Positions 1 to 11,800 of a stretch of 64,000 nt of DNA are shown here, one piece after another. Location: contig CM120640.1 in NCBI GenBank assembly GCA_051362555.1, positions 64,520,788-64,584,787 of the forward strand, given 5' to 3'. The notes beneath the pieces are model-generated. The model had not been told where the DNA came from and did no database searches. It saw nothing but the letters and a program-made list of their open reading frames with translations. A program made the position numbers and the translations under genes. Within the stretch, counting starts at the first letter, position 1. Each line of letters starts with the position of its first letter. This stretch comes from Lingula anatina (Eukaryota > Animalia > Brachiopoda).

Positions 1-511
1 AACATTAATTCCCTTAGCTGACAGACCCGGATTATGTATTTCGGAAATCTTCTTCGTTCTTTTCTAGGTTTAGGAATTTTTATGAGTACATGTCCACAAA
101 ACCTCCCTCCAAACCTTGCTCAATCATTTGGAAGTTTTCCTGTGGAGGCGGGGATACCATCAGCGGATTAGTCAGCTCTGCTTTCATATAGGATCCGCCA
201 TATTTGATCCGCGGATCAGTAGGTCCGAGGACCATCTGTTGTGAATGCCCTCTTATTTAAAAGCTACTCTTCCTATAATAATTGAGCTGCTTGATGTTAA
301 GTACCAATTTGCTTGCATTATTTGTTAGGACAAGAGAACAGGTGCACCTGCTTATACAAGTACTCAACTTTGAACGTAATGCTCCTTTAAAGCAGAAGGA
401 GGTTGACAGAAGGTTGACCATCCAATCCCACCCCCTACTCACTTTTACAACCCACACCTTTTTTTGCATTGTCCCCTCCCTTGAGTCCATCCCCCACTTG
501 CAGAAGCATAC

Positions 512-1260
512 CTTTGTGTATACGTTAAGGGTGCCCATGTCTCTGCCATACATGTGGTAGTGGAACTGCACACATTGGTGGTCGTTGGCAAAATACTTTG
601 TTGATATCATGCGAGCTTTGTCGCCTTTCACTCTACCACTGGCCTCCACGTACATGTAATGACCTGGAACATTAATACGTTATGTTAGGGATGGGGGCGT
701 TGTTATTGCTTTTAAGCATATTTTAAAATATTAAATATTTAAATAATTTTAAACATTTGAAGCCTTCCCGCCGGGGTGAGTGCCGGCTACAGTTAATTCT
801 TAATAAAAGTTTTGCTTTTAACGACAAGTACTTGACTTTTTTGAGGTTCACTTTCACTTAAACTCTGAGGCAACAGATGGGTGACGTCTGTAAGCCGCTT
901 CCTACAGCTCTTTCGCCTCGCATTTTCAAGAAAGGCCTTGAAATCATCATTGAATTACATCTGGATTGAGATCAAGCTGGATTGCCATTTCAGCAGTTAA
1001 TTCCAATAATTATTGGAGATGCAATTGCAAATAATAAGTTCAGGCACGTCCTTTTTTTCATCTTGGAAGGATCGGAGTTGCATTATTGATGCTGTGGTTT
1101 TTAACTAGTTTTCTCCTTTGATATGAAGTTCTTTGGGGCAGTTTTCAGTTAACTTACAGACTAAAAATACAGGCATTTTGTATGGAACTAATCATTTATT
1201 TCAGCGAAGCGCAAAATCTAATAAATCTGTACAGTATCCCTTACTCTTAGGACAGTCACT

Positions 1261-1308
<48 letters not shown>

Positions 1309-2790
1309 GGTTGCACTTGCGTCCAGTCTTTGTGATTATTTTGCATGTGGAACTATCGTTAGTCTTACTGAAGTAGTGTTAAGGTTTTCGACCATTAAAT
1401 AGCGAATGCTATTTTTAACATGAAGAATGAACGGCAAAAGCGAGTAGCAATATCTCATAAAATGGTGAACCGTATAACATAAATGAGGTCTAAAGCACCG
1501 CTACAGCCAATGGCGTAAATATGGCATGTGCTTTGAGCTATGTTAGTATCAGAGCAAAACACTTCATGTTTTTTAATTGGCAGGGCTTGCAACAATCTGA
1601 ACTTCTGTCCCTTGCCTGCATGCCGACTTGAGGTAAATTAGTACATGTCAAGGTTATATTATGCCACGATTCTAAGTCAATCAGGAACCAAATGTTGGTC
1701 TCAACAGGGTTCGGATTTTTCCTTATCCACTTAGATAATGCCGAAATGAACATTTCTTCGTGTTATGAGATAATAATGTCGCACTAAAATGCATCGGCGC
1801 GAGTTTGCTGATTCAGGCTGATGACGTGACAGCAGCATTTTTGTCAAACAAAGAGTACTGCAATCCTCTTCCAGGAAATTTACTTGAAAAGCTTACTTTC
1901 AGCAGGAAAAAAGGCGAAATAATGCTTTTGTTTTCTGGAACATTGTAATAAGGGGCATATATCCCCTTAACAAAACTAAAGGATCAGAGAGGTGATACCG
2001 CCTCCAGGTATTGTACCACCTGGTGGAGCAAGCGCATTCGCCGGAAAACAAAAACAAGCTCTACAAATGCAGTAAACAACAGTTCTCAATTACAATTAAT
2101 AACAAAATCATGGGAAAAAGTAAAATGTCAAATCCAAATTTGTGAAGTTCAGTTCATGGTGGGTCAAAGGTCGATTTCATTGTTCATTGTGAAGTTCAGT
2201 TCATGGTGGGTCAAAGGTCAATTTCAAGGTCACTTTTAGATTGCCAGTATATGACTTCCTAGTCAAGTTCAAAAGTAACTATGAGTGTATCTCTGCCAGT
2301 TTTGGAGATATAAGGGACAGAAAAGTTGCAAAGTTCAGTTCATGGTGAAAAGTAGGCCAAAGGCCAATTTCAAGGTCACACTTAGATTGCCAGTATATGA
2401 CTTCTTATTCAAGTTCAATAGTAAGTATGGGCGTATATCTCTGCTAATTTTGGAGTTATTTTACATTTTATTTTCACCACTGAATATTGCGACGTTGTAC
2501 TCTTTGATATAGCGCAACTTGTAAACCGTATGGTAAACAAAAAAACAGACACCACTTCCAGTGTTGCGCTTGACAAGCTCTGTAAAATGAAAAAAAAGAG
2601 GTCTCTAGCATTTACTGTTCCAGAATTAGAGAGTTTTCAATTTCGACGTTTAATGGCTGCTTTTCCCGTGAAAATGCACCGATTGACTCCAAAGTCACAA
2701 AGATGAAAGATGACCCAAAGGGTAACACTTGCCCATAATATTAGTTTGTATATAGTATTTCATATTAGTATGTTGTTTCTGAAAATCGGC

Positions 2791-2841
<51 letters not shown>

Positions 2842-5800
2842 GCTTTTTTGACCTTGAAGTAAAGGTCAAAGGCCAAATCCGAGGGCATATTTGGAATCTC
2901 CACATATGACTTTCAGTCGGCCGTCTATAGAAATTTTTCCTTCGGTTTGGGAGATATTTAGCATTTAATTTTGCAAATTTTGGACAAGGGTGCATTGCGA
3001 CGAGTGCCATACCTAGACCCATGCAGTGGCGGATTTCTGAAGAAAAAAAACACCAATGGTCCCCTCTTGAAATTAGAATTCTGACTAGCTAAATCATTCT
3101 TGTATACAGTACCAAATGACACCGTTCGTCCTCTAAAATACCAAAATATTTCGGGGCCCTTTACCAGGCCCCGCCCCCTCCCCCCCCCCCCCCTTCAAAT
3201 AATCCTGGATCCGCCCCTACCATGCACCGACAAAGCCCAAATTTTACGTGGATCGAGTTGAGATTATATTATGTGACCTTAATCCAAGAGATGGGCACGC
3301 AGGCTCTTGTAGTCTAGGAGGAGAAGCGGATGAAACGGGTCGGGACTAAAACCCTGTGGGCCGCCAGCGCCTACGCTGGTGGTACAATAATTAGGAGGGT
3401 TGGGTGGTGAATAATGCAGGGACTTTTTGCACTAAAAGTATTTATTTTAATTAAACTAATATTAAGTTAAGTACCACATTAAAGAAATGAAAAAATATCT
3501 TGCCAAATGTAGGCCTTCATTTCGTATGTAACTCCTGAAACGGTATCAGTTGAAAGGTTTGAAAATGTCTTCATTTGATCACTTCAACAGCAGAAAATTT
3601 TGACCATAACTTAAGCTTTCGAACTGTAATATATGAAAGTAAAAGTAAACAGAACATCTTTTTTCGTAAGACTGCTGCATATCGGAAACTTGGTTAGTTG
3701 TTGATTGTGAAAGCATATATTACCTTACACACTAAATGTAACCACTGCTTATTCCCTAAACCCCCTTTTACATGTAAGTAGACAAAATAAACGTTGGATT
3801 TCATAATATTGTCCACAAAAGATTTGTTATTAGATATATGATTATATGATGGAGAACACTTGCATTACAAGTAATGATGTAAATATACACGATATCAAAA
3901 GCTCGTGTTTGTGTTTTATTTTCACATAAACAACACCGTGTTGCATTTTGCAACTTGAATACTTTACAATTTCTTTGCTCTGTAAATTTAAACATCTCAA
4001 GAGCCAGTCTGTTTTTATGTTGGCACAACTGGATATAGTTACTACAACTTTACAGCTTGAATAGTTGCAAGTTGTACGAAACTACACGCGGAGTAGACCT
4101 ACTGTGTAGTCCTTTGCATAGCTTCATGTGCTTTATTATGTCTGGTGGTCAAGGAAACAAATCCTTTTTTTAAATAAACAGCAGATGTAAACTAATTGTG
4201 CATTTCTGGATTTTGCTACATATATATTTAATGACGTCTGGTGGTTTCAGAAAACGCATTTATTTTGCAAATAGTACCGTTGTAAACTTCCTGCCCGTGA
4301 AGTTCTTCTGTGGTTAGCCACTGCTGTATAGATGAATAATTCCAATTGGTTTCCCAGTGAGTCGTGGCCATTTCAGTCTTCAATCTGCTTTTGAACAAAA
4401 CAGGTGGGAAAAGCATCTCGTTCACCAAAGTTATGATAACAAATATGATACCCACAATGCCAGCAATTATGTTATCTCCGGATTATTTGTTTCAGCCCAA
4501 GATGAGACGGGATTTCAATTTGGGTTTCTGTTCATTTCAGTCTCTGGCTATTTAGATGTTTACACTGGGTCAATTATGTGAGCGATAATAGCTTTTCCGA
4601 AACTAATATGAGAGGTCCTGGACCTGTCCAGTCTATTTAACTGTGTTTTGCTAGAAAACTGATAAATAAAAACAAAGAAATAAGATAAATCCCAGACGTA
4701 ATTACCCTCATGGTTCCGACACTAATGGTCACGGGCTGACCCATTGCACCAAGCTAGATTTCCAGTAGATAAATAATCAAGAAAAAAATAATCATAATAA
4801 AATTTAGAAAAAGACCAGTGGTAATTACCTCTGTTATTCTGGCATGTGTGGTCAAGGTCCGGTCCAGTATTGGAGGAGGGAGACGGGCCTGCATGACGTG
4901 TCCAGTTTAGAGTCACTTCAGCCGAGTTTTCGTTGGTGAATCCACATATGGACTCGTCTTCAAATCCGCAAAATTGATTTGACTTACCTATAAATATGAA
5001 AAAGTAAAGGTTAAGGTTTAGTTTAATATTTGAAATCTTTGATAAAAGAGAACCGGCGTAAATACTACTTGAATTGTATTTGTTCAAAGAACTCGCATGG
5101 ATATACCAATTATCATTTTATAATATCTTTTTTTCGTGAAAGACGTTGAAAGTTCTTTATTCGTTATTCTTTGTAATAAGACTGCATATCCGTATTTAAA
5201 CTAACCAGCACCTGCTCAATGTCAGAAATTCGGTGGTTAATCGTATTCTATGTCGTTAAGAAGACAGACGCAGACAGACCCGATTCACACTGGGCCTTCA
5301 CATGCACAAAAATTATAACATGAATTTTCAAGCAGACTGTTAAATTAGGTTGATACGCACGAAGAGCACTTAACAAAGTCTATTAAATTGTAATTCAAAT
5401 CCTCAATTGTTATTTCATTGCACATGGCTAACATCCTAGGGAATGATATCATAACTTGCTATTTTGACTGTTAGTTATAAAGGATATATTTGTATTTTTT
5501 ATTTCATTTCATAAATCTTCCTTCTATTCAAATTTTTTTCTGAACAACCCAATGGCAAACACATAAAATAGCCTCGTAATTTATCATTGTAAATCAGAAT
5601 GCGAATGTCTGATGTTCATTGGCAACCTGACGAATGAGACAGTTGACTTGCCAAGGCAAAAGCATGAAAAACAAGCGATCAGTCACATGTGAAAACGTCT
5701 GGCATCAAAACTAATTGACAAAGATCTAGCATGAAAACGTTTCTTTAAAATGCTCAACTGTTTGTTTTGAAAGCAACTGACAACATGAATAGGATTCTGA

Positions 5801-8800
5801 TACTGAAATTTCATTCACCCAGTTCTTGGTTGTCTTTCCTCCTTTAGAGTGCTTTGCGATTGCTCCCTTAAAATGAATTACGACAGTGACGACAAATCTC
5901 GTAATTTAACCAAAATTTAAAGGTTCTAGTTGAGTTACAAACGTGCGCTGAAGTGAGTGCTTGATCGCCTGACATTTCAACTTATTTAGTCTTCGGAATA
6001 TGTTGAGTCGGAGGTTGTGACAGTTTGTTTCCATTGGGCCATTCTACGACAACATTTACTTAAATGTTTCTAAACTATAGAGTTCGTTTCTGTTTTGGTT
6101 GACACGCAGAGAACTTTGTTTAATTTTAACTTTAAAAATATTACGCGCTAAAATAGGTCTGTCAATGCCCCCTTTATCCCGTCTTTTTACTTAGTATAAG
6201 CGATAACAAATTGCGCTACACGTTTCCAGACGATTCCACAAGAACCTTATGTTGGTAACACATGTTCACGATATTTACGATATCGCCCATACACACGCTT
6301 TATCAATGAAATATTAGACCTATAACACAATAATGAACCAATCTTTCATTATCGGTATGCCATTCAGCAGATGAGGGCAGCAGTGATGTATTTATTGACT
6401 ATTTCATACGAAGTCAGTTTTTCTCCAAGTACAAAGCAGGATTTTCTATTTTCTATTTTCAAGGTGAAGCTACTTGTCCTCGTCAGGTCAGAAACCTATG
6501 TTAAACTCTTTTTTAACATATGAACTTCATTCAACGTTAAGTTAATCAAATTAACATGGTTAAATACGTGGCCTAAGATTCACACTAATTTTGATTGCCG
6601 TTAAGAACTTAAGGGAATGCGGTATACACAAATATGCCAAGGTGCAACCGTTTAGGCTAAATATTACTATTTTGATTACATGTGATCCGGAGCTGTTGAG
6701 CCGCGGCGATGTCTTTTCCGGAAACCATATATTATGTACTATGGAATTGACAGAAACGACTGAAATGTGACGAATTGGCGTCGCTTCAAACCAATTGTAT
6801 GCTCAGGGAATTCTCTGCACCATTGGCAAAGTCGATTGGGTTCGCAGAGTTCATAGAATCTCCATAAAGGGAAACGTCCTCCAGACTGCATGCACATACC
6901 TTATCTTTTATAGATCCGGCAACAAAATTATAAGTACCCGAAAATAAATATTCAGAGGTAAATAATTAAGGGAATTAAAGGTCTATATGTGACGGTCGAA
7001 TGAAGGAACGCTTGTAAGTTCCAGACGGTGTTCTTTTCTACAGGTATTTGCAATTTTAGCAATTTCCGTTCGCGTAAATCAAACTAGGTGTTACTGCTGT
7101 CAAGAGTAAGAAATGTTCAAAAAATGAACCTGTTCACCGATCCTACGGTGGGTGCTCGTAAAATTACTTTAAATGAGGAAATATCTTCGCGTGAAACACT
7201 GTTGCAGGTCATCCAGGTTAAGGTGCATTCTCAGCAACATAGAGATGACGAGCAGATAGCATTTAAAGAGGTCGTCCCCAAGACGGCTCTTTCACTGATG
7301 CATCCCCAATTAGCCTTGGTTTGATCCAGTTCCCACTAATTCAGAGGAAACGCCCTGTGTCTTTCGGGTGCATATGTGATCCAATCACAATGATATAAAT
7401 CATCACGATTGCAAAAAATGACTGATTACATATATCAAGGAGTGGACGTGTGCTGCTCATCAACTGTGAACAAGTCAGGGAGAGGTGGCCAGCAATCGCT
7501 GTCCATGGGAAAACAGTGCCCCACTGAATGTGGCCCATTAGCTCGGATTCAGTTTCACAAAAGAACTTAAGTGAAAGTTTGGTTTAACTTTAAGACAAAA
7601 TTTTTGTCTACTTTGACCCAAGATTAATCGGTAGCCGTCCAATTGAATTAGGAGCCGGGGTATGTTTTAGAAAGGGTAAGCAATGGCTAATGTTTTCAGA
7701 CCGACAGTTTCTCTGCTTTAGAGGAATACACTATACATTTATCCAGGACTGAAGTGGGGCAAACTTTTCGTTCTTCAAGTTGAAATCAACTGTTGACTTA
7801 TGTTCTTTTGTAAATCTGGGTCCCGGTTTATGCGAAAGCAGTGAGCTTCAGGGTTTTAAAGATTGGAGAAAGATATAGAAACATAACTGTTATCCAGCAA
7901 ACAAGAGAAGGGTTTATTCTAACAAGAAAAGGGCTGGCTGAAAACTGAAAATGATACATGCTAAAATCATTGACAGCAGCTGTAAACTGCAGACACTATT
8001 GCAATAATTACACCATTTAAGATAAGATATTGTAACTGCTTTTCTCGGGGATCTGGGGTGGTACGAGGACAACAGTAGAAAGGTCTGAATCTGGAGATCC
8101 TGCGCTTCTTGATCAAGTGATGCATTCGGTATAATATACTCCTCCCTCTGCTGACATTTTGGCAGTTGCGATAATTTATGTTCTAGGCTTATCCGATAGA
8201 TCAGTGTGTGTGAAAGATACGGATGATGTATTTCTTTTTATATTATATCCCAATCGGAAAGTGTACCGCCACCGTTCAATTTTATCAAACTCATAACTGA
8301 GCACGGTACACATCTGACGGTTTCCATTTTGGTAGGCAGCGCGAATGTCAAATCTATACGTTTTTTTTTCATATAATTATATTGTTTAGCTAATAAGAAA
8401 TTTGAAAGACCTCCTTTAGTTCATTCTTTTATAAAATGCTTTTTTGCTGACAGAGGTGAAACATTTTGCGATGATGGATATTTCCATTCAAACGTTTCTC
8501 CTACAATTCTGTCTGTTGCTATAATTTTTTTTTCAATTTTGTGGTTTTTTAAACCAAATTTTAACTTTTTTAAATGTCAAAAACAAACGTTTCGCGTGGA
8601 GGCCGCAACAGGAATAGTGAATATCTAATAAACTAAATTACGGTCTATTCAAATCACTTTCAACACTAACATGACTTTATGCTTTTAAAAACTGTCCTAA
8701 TTTTTTGCTTGTAAATATAGCAACACGCATTTCATTTTTTGACAGATAAGAATGCCGGTTTGGGTTGGTTGGGACCAAGGTCTATTACTGGACATAAAAA

Positions 8801-11800
8801 GACGGAACTAATTTTTTTAGTTGTGGCCACCCATTCGGGATTTCTTTTGGACATCTGCTCTGAAGATTTGATTGTTTGTAAGCAACATTGTGCTAACAGT
8901 AAAATCAACAAAATTTACTGTGAAAATTTGGCAGCCTGCCAACCTGACCCAATCATTGTGCTCTAACCAAATCTACCACATGATTATATTATGTTGTGGT
9001 CCGCTAAGGTCACATTTGAAATGCCAAAACATTGCTACTATTAGATATACACGTAGATATACACAGAAAACGATAACTTATCACAGGAGTCCATGTGTCA
9101 GACACATTTGTTGACCGTATAAAATTTGATTAAAAATTTGATCGATAGTTTTCCGATTTTGTTTCCAGGTAACAAGTTAAACAATCACAAATAGAAAACC
9201 ACAAAATTGGTAAAATTCGCATGTTTTAGGGGTTAAAGTGATGTATCTCTTTGTTTTCATCCATCAGCCAACTTTATGAAATGATTTGTGTCCCAATACT
9301 AAAGGTTTCCTAAACGTTTTTACTGGCAGCTCTTGAGAAATCACTCACGCGTAACCTAGAATTGTCCATTGTGTGGACCTTGATTATTTATTGTTTGTTG
9401 AGACCACACTGCCGAGCGACTTAAAACTGTTGAAAAAAATTAGTCCAGTCGCCAATAAGCAGGTGCTGAGTAAATTCTATAAATATTTCTGTTTTAACCT
9501 CCACGAGCGAACATATTATTTACAGATATTGTTGCACTGTATTACACGATACGTGTGCCTTTACATGTAAGTTTGAAAATGTAAGATCAGCGTTACCTTT
9601 GCAAGGACATAACAAAGAGAAAAGAGTCGCTCTGTAACAACCTGCTTGTTAGGCGACAATCCAAGACGATATTTCCAATTGGAAGGCATCGATATTATAG
9701 ATTGTCTTTTTATCATCTTGGGCACCTCGATAGAATTCATTTTTGCTAATATATATGAAATTCCAATAACCACTTATCAGGTGTCAAAACGGCACCTTAA
9801 CTGCACCTCTTGATTGAAAACAAGTACTACCCATTTCAAAACCAGAATGTTGTCATTTTTAACTTATAATTAACATCAGCCAGATGTATTCCCCCTCCCC
9901 CCCCCCCCCCCCAAAAAAAAAAAAAAAAAAAAAAAACAGCACTATCACAAGGCAGGTGGTAGACAATACCTTCCATATTGTATTACAACTTTTCAGTTTT
10001 ACGCTTTAAAGTCAAACAATATAAATTTGCCCTTATCATTTAAAATTTGAGAAAACTAAGTACATGAAAGAAAAACTGCGATGTCTACGCTAAAAAAAAC
10101 AATAAATGGGGGTTTTATTTTGTCACATATTTGTGAACAAGGACCAAAATTCGTTTTCGAAGGGGTCGCAACTCCTGTAAAGCTGGGGCTTAAAAGAAGG
10201 GGTCTGGTATTCGTATCCATATACAAAATAATTCACGGGCTTGCATGTCGGAGGGTTGTGGTTAATAAGCACTTGGGAAACCATAGGAAAATTTGCTGAA
10301 ACATTTTACTTGTCTGAAATTCCACCATTTGTCACTTTAAGTTTCGTCGAAATCGAATAAACTATGTTAACTATTGTTTGTTCTTCTTTATGCACAGGTG
10401 TTTACTTTATCTGTTGCACGATCGACTCGTGCTTGCCTGTCGCACAGAAAAAAATACACAACACACGTAAATATCATCATTTGGGCGGAATAGGTCAATA
10501 CAAATGTGCTCCAGCAAATCATCAAGCTTGAATTCCAGTCACAAATTGTCAGCGTGTTGTTTTTCTTAAAAGTGCTTTCGGCAGATAATTGGCTGTTTTC
10601 TAGAAAGCATAACTTGTAGAGGTTAATAGAAGGGAGGTCCGGGAAAAAATTACGTCGAGTTATTTCAAGAACAGGTGTTTTGATTAGAGTTTGATGTAAT
10701 GATTTCATAGTGAGATTGGACTCCACAATACGGTATTTGCATTGCCTCATATAAATCCGTGCTAGTTTGCTCTCTTTTTCAATTTTCGCCAAGGTTTAAG
10801 GTCAGAACTTCCCCACTTGAGATCAAAAGCCAGTTCTATATATGCCAGAAGATTTTAAAATCTTAAGTTAAAGGTTTGACACTGAATTACTTCACCCGAC
10901 TACCTTTTGGTGAACCATAAAAATAAAGAAGCAATATTAATCATTATTTCACCACCCCTTTTATTTGTGTTTGATAAATACGATATCTCTTACGCTGACC
11001 ACGACCCTGTGCTTACCCGTCCTTCTCTTCGGAGTAAACCCTAGACGAGCAGAACAAATGAGATTTTCTACGAAAACGGGGGCCTTATTGTGTAACTTTG
11101 TGTTCTTACTCATTAAAACAATAAAAAACTTCAATGAAATCCAATCGGCTATATAGCATATGAAGATGGAATACAACTAACCAACCATTGCAATATATAG
11201 CTTTTTCGTGACTCCGACTCAAAGCAGAGCAAATGGTGCATGCGGCATAAACACATGCAGGACACAGCAACATGCAGAAACGCTTTTCATGTCACAGATT
11301 ATGTAAATGGTAACATCTGCAAACCTAACTAAACGCCGCTTTTGCAATCAAGAGTGTTATAGTTTGAACTAATAATTCCTGGTTGTGGCTATTTCATATT
11401 TTAGCAAAAAGAAAGGAAGATTCTTCTAAAATTTAAAACGTTATTTTTGAACAGGAAATTCAGGGTAGCTTCAAAGTTTACTTTACAAGCTTTAAACCTG
11501 ATGGAGTGTTTGATAAGTGTCCGTTAGATGGCATAGTAACACAGATGTTCCCCTAATGCATTATTCTAGTTCAGGTTTTGACTAATAAAAAGTTATTAGA
11601 TGACAACACTGCATCTGCAAGAAACAGTTTAGGTCCAAGAGGTTAGGAAAATATTTGCAAGTACAACAACACAGAAAGTGGTTTCTCCATGCGGCAAGGC
11701 TTTTACGTGGGCCATAAAACTGCCTAAGCGAAGTACGAATTTGAATTGAAAAACTCATTTATCTTCGTCGGGGCAGCACTTTCAGAACTTCTGCAAAGGT

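Noticed and set aside
1949-1969. Palindrome TAAGGGG-catatat-CCCCTTA next to the HINE end
   Set aside because: Short; no matching partner terminus found, so no element could be defined.
10187-10962. Possible TTAA-type MITE (AAGGGGTCTGG .. CCACCACCCCTT)
   Set aside because: TIR match is short and the right-hand TSD is not clean; not enough to call.
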